Source: the human T2T-CHM13v2.0 reference genome, Homo sapiens
Length of the DNA: 64,000 nt
Assembly: GCF_009914755.1 (NCBI RefSeq)
Contig: NC_060938.1
Reading direction: 5' to 3' (one strand)
Position numbers and translations under genes: made by a program
Notes under the pieces: generated by a model
Told to the model about the DNA's origin: nothing
What the model saw: only the letters and a program-made list of their open reading frames with translations
Database searches by the model: none
In this document: positions 47,360 through 60,287 of the stretch, one piece after another
Numbering within the stretch: the first letter of the stretch is position 1
How the letters are laid out: every line of letters begins with the position of its first letter

Positions 47360-47945
47360 GGTTGCTTTGCTAGAGTTGGAATAGCAAAGGACCACAGGCT
47401 GAGCTGGCTGGTTCGAACAACAGATAATGTATTTTCTCACAATTTGGAAGCTGAAAGTACAAGATCAAGGCGCCAGCAGGGTTGATGACCACCTCTTTTT
47501 TGCCTCTTGATGTTGTCATCATCAGTCCTCTGTGCACATGTGATCCTGGTGTCTCTCTGTGGGTCTAAATTTTCTCTTCTGATAAGGACACCAGTCATAT
47601 TAGATTGGGGCCTACACCAGTGATCCTCTTGTAACATATTATCTCTTTCAAGGGCCTATCTCCAAACAAAGTCACATTCTGAAGTACTGAAGTGGAATGA
47701 TTCTTGTCTTAGACATCATGGTATTTTGGGCTGCAGTGGTTAAGAAAGTTTCAGAAAAAAAGAGGGATATTTGCCAGGGAGACCAAAATGAACCAATACT
47801 TGGAGCAAGAAATGTCTGAATGCTGACACAGTTCTTTGGCCACAGGGAAAGGCTGATGTTTCAATTGAACATCAAATTAACTTCAGTTTACATTCAACAT
47901 AAGAATTCAACAAAAGAATTTGGGGGGACACAATTCCCCATAACA
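47360..47945 (-). mobile_element. MLT1B-like MaLR LTR, interrupted by a ~200 bp local copy
   Basis: taaggacaccagtcatattagattgggg...gtcacattctgaagtactg [insert] ttcaac..gaatttggggggacacaattccccataaca. Confidence 0.85.
47699..47896 (+). repeat. Local direct duplication C (copy of 48821-49020)
   Basis: Shared tggttaagaaagtttcagaaaaaa, gagaccaaaatgaacca.tacttggagcaagaaatg, tttggccacagggaaaggc. Confidence 0.95.
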
Positions 47946-48820
47946 GGCCCTTTAAGCTATCCACAGCTGCCTCTGCATTCTCAGTGTTGGCTTCCAGTTA
48001 ACATTGGTCTGTGGAAGGTTCTAAGGGCTGGGTCCTAAAACCTGTGGTCTTCTCTAACGCGTCACTAACATCCTGATCTGCTCACAGACATCTGCGCCAT
48101 TTTCCATTTGTCCACACCCTTACATGTGGCCTCCACCAACCCTGCAGACCCGATACACATTTTCCTTCCAGCTTTTCTGCCTCTGCCTGCTCCAGGGAGC
48201 ATCTTCCCTCTGTGTCCCCACATCCTACCTGCTATTGCTTGGTTAGGGCCCATCAATTATGATCTTCTGGCTTCTTTGGGGTCAAGGGACTGCAACTCAT
48301 ATCATGGATAAGCTTTATATGTGGAATCAAATTCAATGAGATTACTCTGAAAAATAAGCTTGTTTGCAGGTCTATTTTAATTGTAATCACTTAAATTAAA
48401 TTTTAAGTGTGAACATTTACACCAGCCTGGTGGATTTTGAATTTCCGATGTGGATACAAATTTGAATGTATACTTTAGAAGCTGCACACATCAAAGCGAT
48501 TTTTTGCATGCAAAACTAAACAACCAACACTTTTTCAAACTTCAGATAAATACTTCGTTGTGATTTTTACTGCAACGTAAATGAGGCCCGAAAGCCAAAT
48601 ACATCATTAAACGTCTGAGAACAGGCCCAGGTCCCCTGGCTCCAACACCTTCCATTATTTGTCATCTTTTGGACATATGTCCTTTGGAATGTGTTCACAG
48701 GTTTCAAATTATTTGGGGGTAATGCGCTAAGTCCAAAGGACATGACATTCATTCTCAGAGACCCGTCAGCAGAAGGAGCAGTGCACATAGATAGATTGCC
48801 AAGTAAAAGGATATCTGCAC

Positions 48821-49020
48821 GATCCTTGTCATAGATGTCATGGTATTTCAGGCTGCACTGGTTAAGAAAGTTTCAGAAAAAAAGGAGGAACATTTGCCAG
48901 AGAGACCAAAATGAACCAGTACTTGGAGCAAGAAATGCCTGAATGCCAACACATTTGTTTGGCCACAGGGAAAGGCCGATGTCTCAATTGAACATTAAAT
49001 TATCTTGGGTTTACATTTCA
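48821..49020 (+). repeat. Donor copy of duplication C
   Basis: Collinear with 47699-47896; continues into a MIR fragment. Confidence 0.92.
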
Positions 49021-51587
49021 GTTCTTAGCCTGCTTTGGAAAGATCATGAACTTTTTTGTGCCTCAGTCATTTTATTTGTAAAGGGGAAATGGCAATCTGT
49101 CTCTCATGGTGACACATGGCTGAGAGAAAATACTGCAATAGGCCCAGCCCAGCACAGTCTCAGAAATGCAGTGGCTACTTAAAAAGGCTCTTATTAAAGT
49201 TTTACTACAGTGGAAATTTGACAGAATGCATAGGAGAAGATAAGACAAAGACTACAAAAATGTAGAGATAGACACACAAAAGAAACAGATTCCCTAGCAA
49301 CTGACAATTATCTAGAACTCAGAATGTAAATCATGCATATCTATAACTTATAGATGATAAGCATGAAACAGTTCCATGGCAAAAATCCAGGATTTTGCAG
49401 CCAAGGAAATACAGGAATACTATAGAGTCAATGGATTGTTTGCATGAAAGGGAATTTTCCTGTTACACCTAATGTGAGACTTTTATTTCACTTTCTCTTA
49501 AGACAGATTATATGACGTATCTCACTTCCATAATACACCATGCAACAGGGAAAGAGGCAGGTGCTTTGCAGAATGTCCTTGGAAAAGTGAACTTTTCTAA
49601 GCTTCAGTGCCATCCAAAGAGTCCTGTATCAGAAGGATTGGAGGCAAGAATTCAGATTGTGGGACTGTGCTTTGAAGTCTTAACTATGCAATACTGTCAA
49701 AGATAGCACAGAATGACTACAGTTGCTCTAGGGGCCTGATTTATGGAGGGAGAAACCCCAGTGGGGAAAAGCACTGGGTGGGGCCAAAGTAAGATAGGAA
49801 AGAAAATGAACAAATAACTCAGCACTGGATCAAAGAGGGAAGCACATGCTCAGGACACTTCCCAACCTGTTCCACGACTCAGTGGGGAACTTTCTTCAGT
49901 CCATAGTGAGAAGGGATTTGCGTTAACATCAGCCCATTACTTCTTGTGGTTTGCTTGGGTAGACTGCTTAAATTAACTACTTTGTAAGTTGAACCTAGCT
50001 GTGTTCTACTGTGAGGATTTCGACTTTTTCAGCCAAGTCTTTTTCTTGCTGTTATAAATCCTAAATTTAGGATTCTGATAGGTTTTTACTAACAAGATGT
50101 AAGGAGTTGTCAGGAAGAGTCCTTGCTATTTTATATACGTAGCCTCTTTACAGTTTGATAATCCTGACATATGCTATTGTGCCCATTTTATGGAAACAGC
50201 AGGGCAGAGGCTAGCATGAGGCATAGGAAACACACAGCGTGCAAAATTTAAGACGGCATTCACACCCAGCTGCCAACCTGGCATGCAAATGACCTTGAGA
50301 ATAAGAGCTGCCTTAGATTCTGCACCCTAGATGCCACCCTTAAGTCACCCCAGGTCTGGCTTTGGGGAATAGGTGCCGGGAGGCAGAGAACAAGCCTAAA
50401 CATGAAGGAGCTGGCTTGAGTTGGGCTTTGAATTCCTTTTAGGTGAAATCGGCTTTTTCTCAAGACTCTGGTGGCTCGAATATTATCCTGGTGAGATGTC
50501 CCCATAGAGAATGGACTCTGAACAATCTGAATGAGATCTATGTCCCATCAGATGAGTGTACGTTACATAAAATCAATGACAAGCCACAACAGCACTCTGT
50601 GCAAGGTCAGATGCCGTAAAAAGAACCACATCTGGTGCCCAAGGCCACCAAGAAGCATAGCCAAACGGAGGGAGATGATTTTATTTGGTCCCCTGTGATT
50701 GACTTGCCCCAAGCAGGAATGCAAAAGGGAAAACAAGAGAAGAGGTCCATGCTGATCCCCATCATGGAATCCAGTAAGGCTGCGGAGCAAGAATGGACAA
50801 GCAGGCCTGGGATGGTGGAGGTGGCAAAGGGTGGAACCATCCTCTGAACAGTTCTCCACCTACAGCAAAACTGTAATTACACCGTGGCCTGTGCAGAACA
50901 CGGTGTTCGGTCAGGTCGGACCGCTTCCCAGCCTGTTCTGAACTCAAGCCCAGCAACCTCCACCCAGGAAGAGAGCATGTGCTGTGATTTGTTGTTTGGG
51001 AGGGACATCTGTGATCTCCATGCTCCAGGCACTGGCTCTGGCAGGACACCAAAGCCACCCAGACATTCAGCTTGTCCCTCCGTCTGCCTGGGGTGGCCCA
51101 CAGCCCACAGGTTGAGCCATGGCCACCTGGGAGGCCACAGGTTGGGGTGCATGAGGGCATTCCAAGAATAAGATGTTATCTGTCTATTTATTTTGTAGCC
51201 AAATGACAGAAGGTAGATATGTGAAAGTTAGGAGTGCTTCCAGCTGGAAGTCTCCTTAGTGTTCAAGTAGCCTGGTGCTACCCTTCATAGTGCACAAGAA
51301 TTGGAAGCCCACATAAATTAAAGGACTCATGCAAGTCCTCAGGCAAGGCATCATATCTCCCAACTCAGTTCAATGCATTTCTATTCAATTCAATGAATGC
51401 ATATTTTTGGCTAGGACCTGCAGGGTCCTCAGAGGTTAACTGGATTACCATATGTGGTCATAGAACCCAAGGATCCATGTCCTCTTAAATCCTAAGTTAA
51501 ATTGGAAGCTATTTTCATTGATTTAGTAAACCCAAATGAAGACCAGCATACATATAGAAAATCCAAAGAGAAATAAGTCTTGCTAAG

Positions 51588-51951
51588 CATATTAGTCTGT
51601 TCTCACACTGCTATAAAGGACTGCCCAAGACTGGAGAATTTATAAGGGAAAGAGGTTTAATTGACTCACAGTTCCACATGGCTGGGGAGGCCTCAGGAAA
51701 CTTACCATCATGGCGGAAGGGGAAGCAAACATGTCCTTCTCCACATGGCAGCAGCAAGCAGAAGTGCAGGGGAACTGCCCTTTATAAAACCATCGGATCT
51801 CACGATATTATTCACTATCATGAGAACAGCACAGGGAAAACCTGCCCCCATGATTCAGTTACCTCCCGTGGGGCCTCTCCCATGACACATGGGGATTATG
51901 GGAACTACAATTCAAGATGATATTTGGGTGGGGACACAGAAAACCTTATCA
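51588..51951 (-). mobile_element. THE1C/D MaLR solo LTR
   Basis: tattagtctgttctcacactgcta...ggtttaattgactcacagttccacatggctggggaggcctca...tttgggtggggacacag; perfect 5 bp TSD ctaag. Confidence 0.95.
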
Positions 51952-52125
51952 CTAAGGCATGCATTTTTTTTGTTTGTTTGTTTTTTCTTAGCCTGCCCAC
52001 TTAACTCTCCAGAACTCTGACCCTGACCTCCTGGTCAATTGGTTCCACCTCTTTCGTTTATGTTTATACCATAGCAAAATGATTCTTTCACAAAATGACC
52101 TTTCACAATGACTGGACACATTCTC

Positions 52126-52413
52126 TTTTTTAAGACAAGGTCTTGCTTTGTCACCCAGGCTGGAGGGCACTGACATGATCATGGCTCACTGCAGCCTCGA
52201 CCTCTGGGGCTCAGGTGATTTTCCCACCTCAGCTTCCCAAGTAGCTGGGACCACAGGCATGCACCACCATGCCAGGCTAACTGTTTTATTTTTTGTAGAG
52301 ACAGGAGTTCTCCATGTTGCCCAGGCTGGTCTCGAACTCCTGGGCTTAAGTGGATCTGCCCACTTTGGACTCCCAAAGTGCGGGATTACAGGTGTGAGAC
52401 ATTGTGCCTGGCC
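52126..52413 (-). mobile_element. AluJ-type
   Basis: gatcatggctcactgcagcctcgacctc, ttgcccaggctggtctcgaactcctgggc; TSD tggacacattctct. Confidence 0.95.
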
Positions 52414-53429
52414 TGGACACATTCTCTGCTGTGAAAACAATATCCTTTTTGCTATACACAGTAAAGCAACTTTAATTTAAACACAGTATAATGATTATTA
52501 TTATATATTTATATGCAGTATAATCATTTTTATACACACATACACACTCACACATACAGAATAAAAATATTATGCACAGTATGAAAATTTAAACACAATA
52601 TAAATAACCACAAACTGAGGCATGCACAATAAGCCCTTTACCCCTTAGCAAAGTGTCATCAAAATAATTCTCTGTATTTGGGGACATTTAGACTTTTTTT
52701 CTGCAATTTGTTCGTTTCGTTTTTCATTCAATCATTGAATATTTGTGGACCCTTCGTATGTATTGGGTATATCCTGATTCCCTTTCCTTGGGTGCACCTT
52801 GATTTCCTGTTTTACACCGTATCAGCCACTTTGAAGCTATCCAGAAGCCGAGCTGCTGTTATAAAGTCTTTTGGAGTGTGTTACAGGGAATTCTTTGTTC
52901 ATTGAATGTCTACAGTAACAATTACAGCTATAACACATACCATCTTACATAGTGCAGAACCAAGATTGCTTACATTTCCAAGCACTCTGTCAAATGCTCC
53001 TTGCATGCGTTCTTCCTTCTCTGTTCTCTGCAATCTTTAATCTAACTTCAGTTGAAATGCAGAGGTGGAAGCTACTTCATAGCCTACTTGAGACTTAGCT
53101 GGGAGAGGGCAGTTTCCAGATTGAATTTGACCTGAAAATATGATTCTCGCTACACATAGTGCCCTATGAATTATGTGATCCCTCTTGATTCATAGTGTAA
53201 AACATCCTTTCCCTAGGCGGCAGGTGAGGCTGCCAAATTCCTTCAATGAAATCAGGTCTTGAAGCTTGTGTGGACTATGCAAACTTCTGTAGTGAGATGA
53301 GAAGCCTGCTTCTGGTCATCACTGTGAGAGATCCACTAAAGCACAGCACATTTTAACACCCTCAAGAAGCTTCTTAAAAAGAAAATTATACATACATATG
53401 TACTTGAGAGCAATGCAAAGGGAAACTAC

Positions 53430-53717
53430 TTTTGTTTTTGTTTTTTGACAGAGTCTTGCTCTGTGGCCCAGGCTGGTACGATCTTGGCCCATTGCAACCT
53501 TCGCCTCCCAGGTTTAAGCAATTCTCCTGCCTCAGCCTCCCAAGTAGCTGGGATTACAGGTGCCCGCCACCATGCCCAGCTAATTTTTTGTATTTTTAGT
53601 AGAGATGAGGTTTCGACATGTTGGCCAGTCTGGTCTTGGACTCCTTACCTCAAGTCATCCACCCGCCTGAGCCTCCCAACGTGCTGGAATTACAGGCATG
53701 AGCCACTGCATCCAGCT
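53430..53717 (-). mobile_element. AluS-type with a small internal deletion
   Basis: Dimer with linker gctaattttttgtatttttagtagag. Confidence 0.93.
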
Positions 53718-53948
53718 TGTTTTTAGTTTCTGTTGCTGTTGTTAATCAGGAAACAGAGTTTCTTAGAGTGAATTGACTGCTCAAAAATTATGTTAAAAAC
53801 ATCATTAAGTAATTTAATACAGTCAATATCTAAAGGATCTTGGTTCCCTACTTTACAAAACAATCTAATTTTTAGCTCCTTAATAAGCAGTGTTAAGATA
53901 AAGTGTCAATATTGTTATAATTTTATCACATATTCAAACCTCATGTAG

Positions 53949-54990
53949 TCATTATGTCAACAAATATTTATTGATCGGGCGCTATGGGGTGGGCATTCTT
54001 TTAGATAATAAGGATGAAGTGAATAGAAGAGCAGGCAACGTCCCTTCTCTCATGGAGCTAAAAATTTAATCAGAGAAGAAAGACAATAAGCTTAGTTAAA
54101 TAAAATAAAACACAATTTAACCTCTAGGCAAAAAATTATAATGGGGGATATGACAGAGAGTGACTAACTGGTGGCTTCAGGTTACCCGTTCAAGCAAGAC
54201 CTCTCTGAAGAGATGACCACTGAGCTGAATCTACATGACAGAAGATGACAGCTAGGCATAGAATGGAGAGCATTTTAGGCTGAGGAAACAGCCAGTTCAA
54301 AGGCCCCATAGCAGAAATTAGATGGTCAGGATCATAACACAGAAACAAGCCCAGTGCACAGGCAGTGGGAAGGCCAGGAGGGCAGGAGTCAGTAGTCAGG
54401 GCTGACATGAGTAGAAAGTAGCCAGACCAGGCTCCCTGAGCTTGGGTAGGGAGCTTGGATTATGTTTTGTGTGTGGTGGGAATTCACAGGAGTGAGACAC
54501 TGGTGTAACATTATTTGCATTTCAATAAAATCACTCCAACTACTATGTATGGAAGAATTGAAGGGAAGCATAGGTCTAAGCAGATAAACCAGGCGAAAGG
54601 CAGTCTGAGTTGCCCAGGAAGAGAGGGGGTGACAGTAGAAAAGACAGAACGTATCAGATAGCACTGAATGTGCTTAGGAGACATTTTATAGCAAGTTTGT
54701 CCAACCCACAGCCCATGGGCTGCATGCAGCCCAGGACGGCTTTGAATGAAGCCCAACACAAATTTGAAAACTTTCTCAAAACATTACGTGTGGTTTTCTT
54801 TTTTTTTTTTTTTTTTGCGATTTTCTTTAAGCTCATCAGCTATGGTTAGTGTTAGCGTATTTCATGTGTGGCCCCAGACAATTCTTCTTCCAATGTGGCC
54901 TAGGGAAGCCAAAAGATTGAACACCCCTGGTTTATAGCATTTGCTAATGGCCTGGATTTGTGGCACATGGAGAAATGCTTGAAGTTTTCA
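53949..54990 (-). mobile_element. L2 fragment, interrupted by MER30
   Basis: tcaacaaatatttattga...ctctcatggagct...acctctctgaagagatgac...aggaaacagccagttcaaaggccc. Confidence 0.8.
54692..54929 (-). mobile_element. MER30 hAT-Charlie MITE
   Basis: tgtccaaccc...cccaggacggctttgaatg...gggaagccaaaagattgaacacccctg; 8 bp TSD ttttatag / gtttatag. Confidence 0.92.
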
Positions 54991-55782
54991 AATTATGAGG
55001 TTTTCAAAAAATATAACAGCCAGGTAGAAGCAAGTCATAAAAATTACTTCTTGGGCTCAGCAAAGCTCCTTTTCTCAACTTAGACTTCACCCACTCCTTT
55101 GATGTCTTCTATTTTTGATTTTTTTGGGAACTAAGTAAACTCCAGGCAGTGTTTTAAGGACTCCTTTTATTTTTCTCACCCACATCCTTAGCACTGAAAT
55201 GAACCTTCTGTGTAACTGGATATAAAGTTTTGCATTCAGTAGGTGTTTAATGGGTTCCTCTGGGATTACACCAAGGATAAGAATAAAATACCTCATCCCT
55301 GTGAGTCAGACCCATGACCCCCACTCCCAGTGACCTGAGATCTGGCTGTGTGGAGGTGTGACCTTGCAGAGAAGGGAAGGGGGAGGGATAGGAAAAGTAT
55401 CTTCAATAGGAAGCCTTAGGCCCAGTTCTCAAAATAGCCTCGTTTTCAAGACATAGAGGGAGAGGAAGAGCAATCCTATCAGAGGGAACAGTAGAGAGGC
55501 AGAAGGGAACATAGGGCCCTCTGAGTAAGGCACTGGAAAGGGAGGGTTAGAGTTTTAAACCAAAGAATGGCACAATCAGGCTTGCATCCTTAGAAGAGAT
55601 CTGCAGTTGGGGTATAAGGAAAAGATGGGAGAGTTCAAGAGACGATGTGGTTAGGAGTGATTACATTATTCGAGGAGAGATTAGAAAATATCTTGGACTA
55701 TTATAACATTGGTGCCATATTTTTTGAGATGAGGTAACATTTTCCCAGCCTGGGCGACATTCTGAAATTTATGTATTTAAAA

Positions 55783-56093
55783 CCATGCTTTCCGATAGAA
55801 ACAACAATGCAAGCCACAAATAATTTTAAATGTTCTGGTAGCCACACTGAAAAGGGTAAAAATAAAGAGGATTTAATTGTAATAATAGATTTTATTAACT
55901 CAATATAAACAGAATGTTATTATTTTAATACATAATCAGCATATACTATAAATGAGGTATTTTACATTCTTTTCTTTTCAAACCAAGGCTTTGAAATCTG
56001 GTGTGTATCTTATACTCACACCACATCTCAACTTGCACATCTGTATTTCAAGTGCTTAATCGCCCTATTAGTGGCTACCACAGTAGACAGCTT
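55783..56093 (-). mobile_element. MER33 hAT-Charlie element
   Basis: ttccgatagaaa...gcaagccaca...tggtagccaca...tttgaaatctggtgtgtat...tttcaagtgct...agtggctacc. Confidence 0.8.
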
Positions 56094-56549
56094 AGCTCTG
56101 GAATATTCTAGAATTCCTACTTCAACATGAGCCAATGATCTCATGCAGAAATTCATTCCTGGTATATACTCTCAGATACAGGACCTGGAGCCAGGAGACC
56201 CCAGTTCTGGCCACTACCCTTCTACAAACCAGCTGCAGGATCTTCAATTGCCCCTTCTCTACCCCAAAGGGCAGGAAGTAATGATGTGTTTTTGCACTAA
56301 GTTTCTATGATGGAATCATTTTTCATCTGTAGTAGTGGAGGAAATTCCAGAGGAATTATTTTGAAGGTCTGCGACAGTCTACCAGTTTCGATGCGTGGAC
56401 ATTTTCTTCTGTGCATGCAGCAGTTTCGCCCTAAGCACTGTTCATATCTGATATGGAAAGACTGGTCTTCTTAGTCAGTTATTGGACAGAAAACCTTCAA
56501 GTGTGTCTCCTAGTCCGTGGGAAGTGGGCAGGGTGGTTCCGCTGCGGGA

Positions 56550-56610
56550 CTTGTCCCATGAGTCAGGGATAAGCTGAATAATGCCAGGGGGCACTAGCAG
56601 AGATAAGAGG
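56550..56610 (+). promoter_or_regulatory. Candidate CTCF site with adjacent AP-1 and GATA motifs
   Basis: atGCCAGGGGGCACTA 56581-56596; TGAGTCA 56559-56565; AGATAA 56601-56606. Confidence 0.4.
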
Positions 56611-57129
56611 CAGCTCGGACCAAATCTCAGGGCTCATCACTCGCTGTCCCAAGTTACTTCTTGCAAAAGGCTAGGTGTTAACCCATCTGGCCTGGCTGCA
56701 TTTCAGCATGGGGAATTAGTCTCAGCACCTGAATTTCTCTAAAAGCTTTAGCTGGCCAGAACTTTCTTTACTTCAGCTCCTCCTCCTTGGGATGTATTCA
56801 GCCTGAGAAAGGCCAAGTTTCAGGAGAAGCTGGAGTGAGATTGGTGTGTAAAAACCTTTCATGTTGAGCCAACTAAGATCTCTCAGTCAGTGGTAGTCTC
56901 TCATTTTGAGTGAAGAAAGGAGAAAGAATACTTACATAGATAAACAGATCCACAGATGGAGAGAGAGAAAGAGAGGGAGAGGGAGAGAGAGAAATTATGA
57001 CTATAGATGGACACTGACATCTGTGTCTTCAAAATTAACCATTGCTTGGGAGCCCCAAATCTTTAGGACATTGCATAGACCTGAAAGGTTAGCAAAATTT
57101 TACTTGGAGAGGTAAGCACAAATTTTACC

Positions 57130-57410
57130 ATGCCCATTCTTTCAAACTCTTGTACTTTTCACATTGGGGAAAACAATCCATTAGACGCCAATACAAGCTT
57201 ATTGCATGTTCCGTGCATGCCATTCTAACAGATCTGATTGACAGAATAATTATGATGTGAGTGAATGCTGACTTATATTGGGAATTTCTGTTTCCATTTA
57301 ATTGAGTCTGGGAGAGCGTCACAGTTCTGCCACCAGCCAAGTAGATGTGGCCAAGTCGCCATGAATTCTGTAGGCATCTGCAGGCATGAAGTGCTTTAAT
57401 ATGAGGTTCT
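57130..57410. promoter_or_regulatory. Candidate enhancer with PBX-MEIS/PREP decamer
   Basis: TGATTGACAG 57235-57244, AACAAT, TAATTA, TGCTGAC, GGGAATTTCT. Confidence 0.45.
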
Positions 57411-57789
57411 CAACCTGGCCTTCTTTCTCCATTTCTAGGTTTGCACATGCCACTTTCATTACCCTTTCATTGCCTGTATCTTTGTGTTATTCACCTTTGC
57501 AACTTAAAATGGTCTATGGAGTTGTTATCTATGATGAGAAAGCGCCATCTTCACAGTTTTCCAGTGTCTACTGAAAAGAGCATTTGTGGGCCCCACCCCA
57601 GGACTCATGACTGGCAACAGGGTTTGCTGGGCAGCAGCTGTCCAGGAGAGGCTCATGCTCCTTCAGCACTAGGAATGCTCTGGAGGGCCAGTGTTTCTCT
57701 TTCTCTGTGGCACATGGGACTTGCCTTTGGAGCTTAGAAAATACTGCCTGGGCTGCACCCTCAGCTATTCCAATTTAAGGTATCATGTG

Positions 57790-58722
57790 GACTCACAAAC
57801 AGACTCACAGTCACACACACATACAGACTGATACATACAGACTCACATAGACACACACAGACTCACACTCACACACTCACACATATAGACTAACACACAG
57901 ACTCACACTCACACACATACAGACTTACACACACACACATACACAGACTCACACTCACACACTCAGACTTACACTCACAGACATACACAGACACACACAC
58001 ATACAGATTCACACACATACAGACTCACACACACACAGACACAAAAAGGCTCACACCAGATTCACACACACAGACTCACACACGGACACACTTACATACT
58101 CGCACATACAGATTCACACACAGACTCACACACAGACACCCCCAGACTCACACTCACACACATACAGACTCACACATAGACTCACACGTATAGACTCATA
58201 CACACAGACACACACATATGGGCTCACACACTCACAGACTCACACACACATGCAGACTCACACTCAAACACACACAACTCACACACTCACACATATAGAC
58301 ACACACAGACACAGACTAACACACACTCATACAAACACAGACACACACAGACTCACACTCACACAGTCTCACACAGACGCATACAGACTCATACACACAG
58401 ACTCACAGACTCACAGGGACACACACACACGGATCCATACTCATGCACACAGACACACACACAGACATATAGATCCATACACACAGGTACACACTCACAC
58501 ACATACACACAGGCTCATATGTACTCACACACAGAGTGACATTTATGGGGATCTCACTCCCACACACACACAGACTCACACTCAGACTCATGCTCACACC
58601 CACATTGACACACACACAGACACACACTCATACACTCACACACAGACATACACACAGATTCTTACACAGATTCACATTCACACACAGACTTACACACTAT
58701 CACACTCACCCTCACACTCATA
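57790..58722 (+). repeat. Degenerate (CA)-rich tandem repeat (ACAGACTCACAC-like units)
   Basis: About 930 bp; source of the H/T-rich ORFs. Confidence 0.95.
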
Positions 58723-60287
58723 CCACCTGCACTGTTGTATCTGTCCAAGCCTTGCCACATCTCCACGCTTCCTAACAGGTGGGCCCAGTTATGATCTCCT
58801 ATGTCAGTCACACCTCAAACTTTAACACCTTCAAGCTGAAGCTTCATCTCATGAAGAAAATCCAGGACATATTAAAATATGAAGCAGTTGGAAGGATGTG
58901 TTCTTGCACTAACCATTTTTACTCACTTTGCTGCAACCTTCACTCATTAGTAAAAATTCCCATGCACAATGCCCCATGCAGAGAGTAAACATCCAAACGT
59001 ATCCCCACTCTCCTTTCCAATGGCTCCTCCAACCTGTGGAGCCCGCATTCTGGTGCTCCCCTATTCCCCATCCATATCCCAACAGTTATTTATATGATGA
59101 TCATTTTGAATGTCTTATTTCACTTCACGGTTCCACAGGAACAAAACAGTCTGGGCCCTGGAGTGAGGTGGTCTGAGTCCTGCTTAATAGTTGCTTAATG
59201 TTTGTACTTGAGAAATGAAATGCATTTCTTCCTGCCTAGTAAATATCTTCCCCATTGACAGTCTAATTTATTTTTCAGCTAGAAAGTTGGAGGCCATAGT
59301 TTCCTCAGGGGCAAGGAAATGAGTCTGTGGTTGACCAAGGCCAAGTGGAGGGTATGCCTTCAGAACAGCACACGAGCAGGGTTTCTCTGATATCCAAACC
59401 TGGCTTAGGGGACCCTGGGCTCCTTGTCACTGTTTTGGGCACCAGAATCAAAGCACAACACACACCCTTCCTGCAATAGTCCCTGCTGAGTATCCTCCCA
59501 GCTGCCCACATTTGCATGATGGGTATAAATTCCCTTGGCCATTTTGCCTGGAATCTACATTTACATAGACTGTTTTATCAAGTTGAAAACCTGACATTTT
59601 CTGTACATCTTTTCTTCCCCCTTTTCTTTTTTTGGATGTCTAAAGAGTGACTTTGTAGCATCTTTGATAAGGAAGATCATAGCACAAATTCCAGCCTATT
59701 ATGAAGTTTGAAAATATATCAATCCTGTTTTTCACAAAACCCCAAAATAAGCTGATAGAATTTCCGGTATCTACTAGGTAGGCAGATGGGAAGCCCTGGT
59801 AGGCAGGCAGATAAGAAACCCTGGTTTGTACCCATGTCCCTTTTCATTTAAAGGTTACTAACCTCTTCCTTCTTCTGCTGAAAAGTAGGTATGGAGCTGG
59901 TGAGTTAATAACACATCCTTCTTATTTGAGAGAAAATGATTTTTGCCTCTATATCTGGGTACTCTTCTTCTCATTTTTTGTATGTAGAATTTTCTTTTAA
60001 ATGGACTTTAAGTGGTATTGAATTGTGACTTAAGATTTAGTGAATTAATGAATTCTATAAGGTGTAAGTTAAATTTTTTAACCCTAAAAATAAAATTAAA
60101 CTTTTAGATTGAATAGTCTTTTTATAGCAAAATAGCAATAAATTGATCCTTTTACTTTTCTGCTGTCTTAATTTTTAAATTTTGTTTAAGGTCAAGCATT
60201 TAAATAAAAAGTATCCCCCCAATCATGTTCTCAAATGTCCTTGTTTCCGTATCTAAGGCCTTTGCTAAGTTAACTCAGTTGGAAGTG

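Noticed and set aside
50563-51171. Cluster of overlapping ORFs in GC-richer unique DNA (possible exon or pseudogene)
   Set aside because: No recognisable protein family, poly-A/TSD or convincing splice structure; a lncRNA exon cannot be excluded without RNA data.
58250-58825. Longest ORF (191 aa, H/T-rich)
   Set aside because: It is an artefact of the CA-rich repeat.
59777-59825. ggtaggcagat..gaa.ccctggt repeated twice
   Set aside because: Ordinary short tandem slippage duplication.
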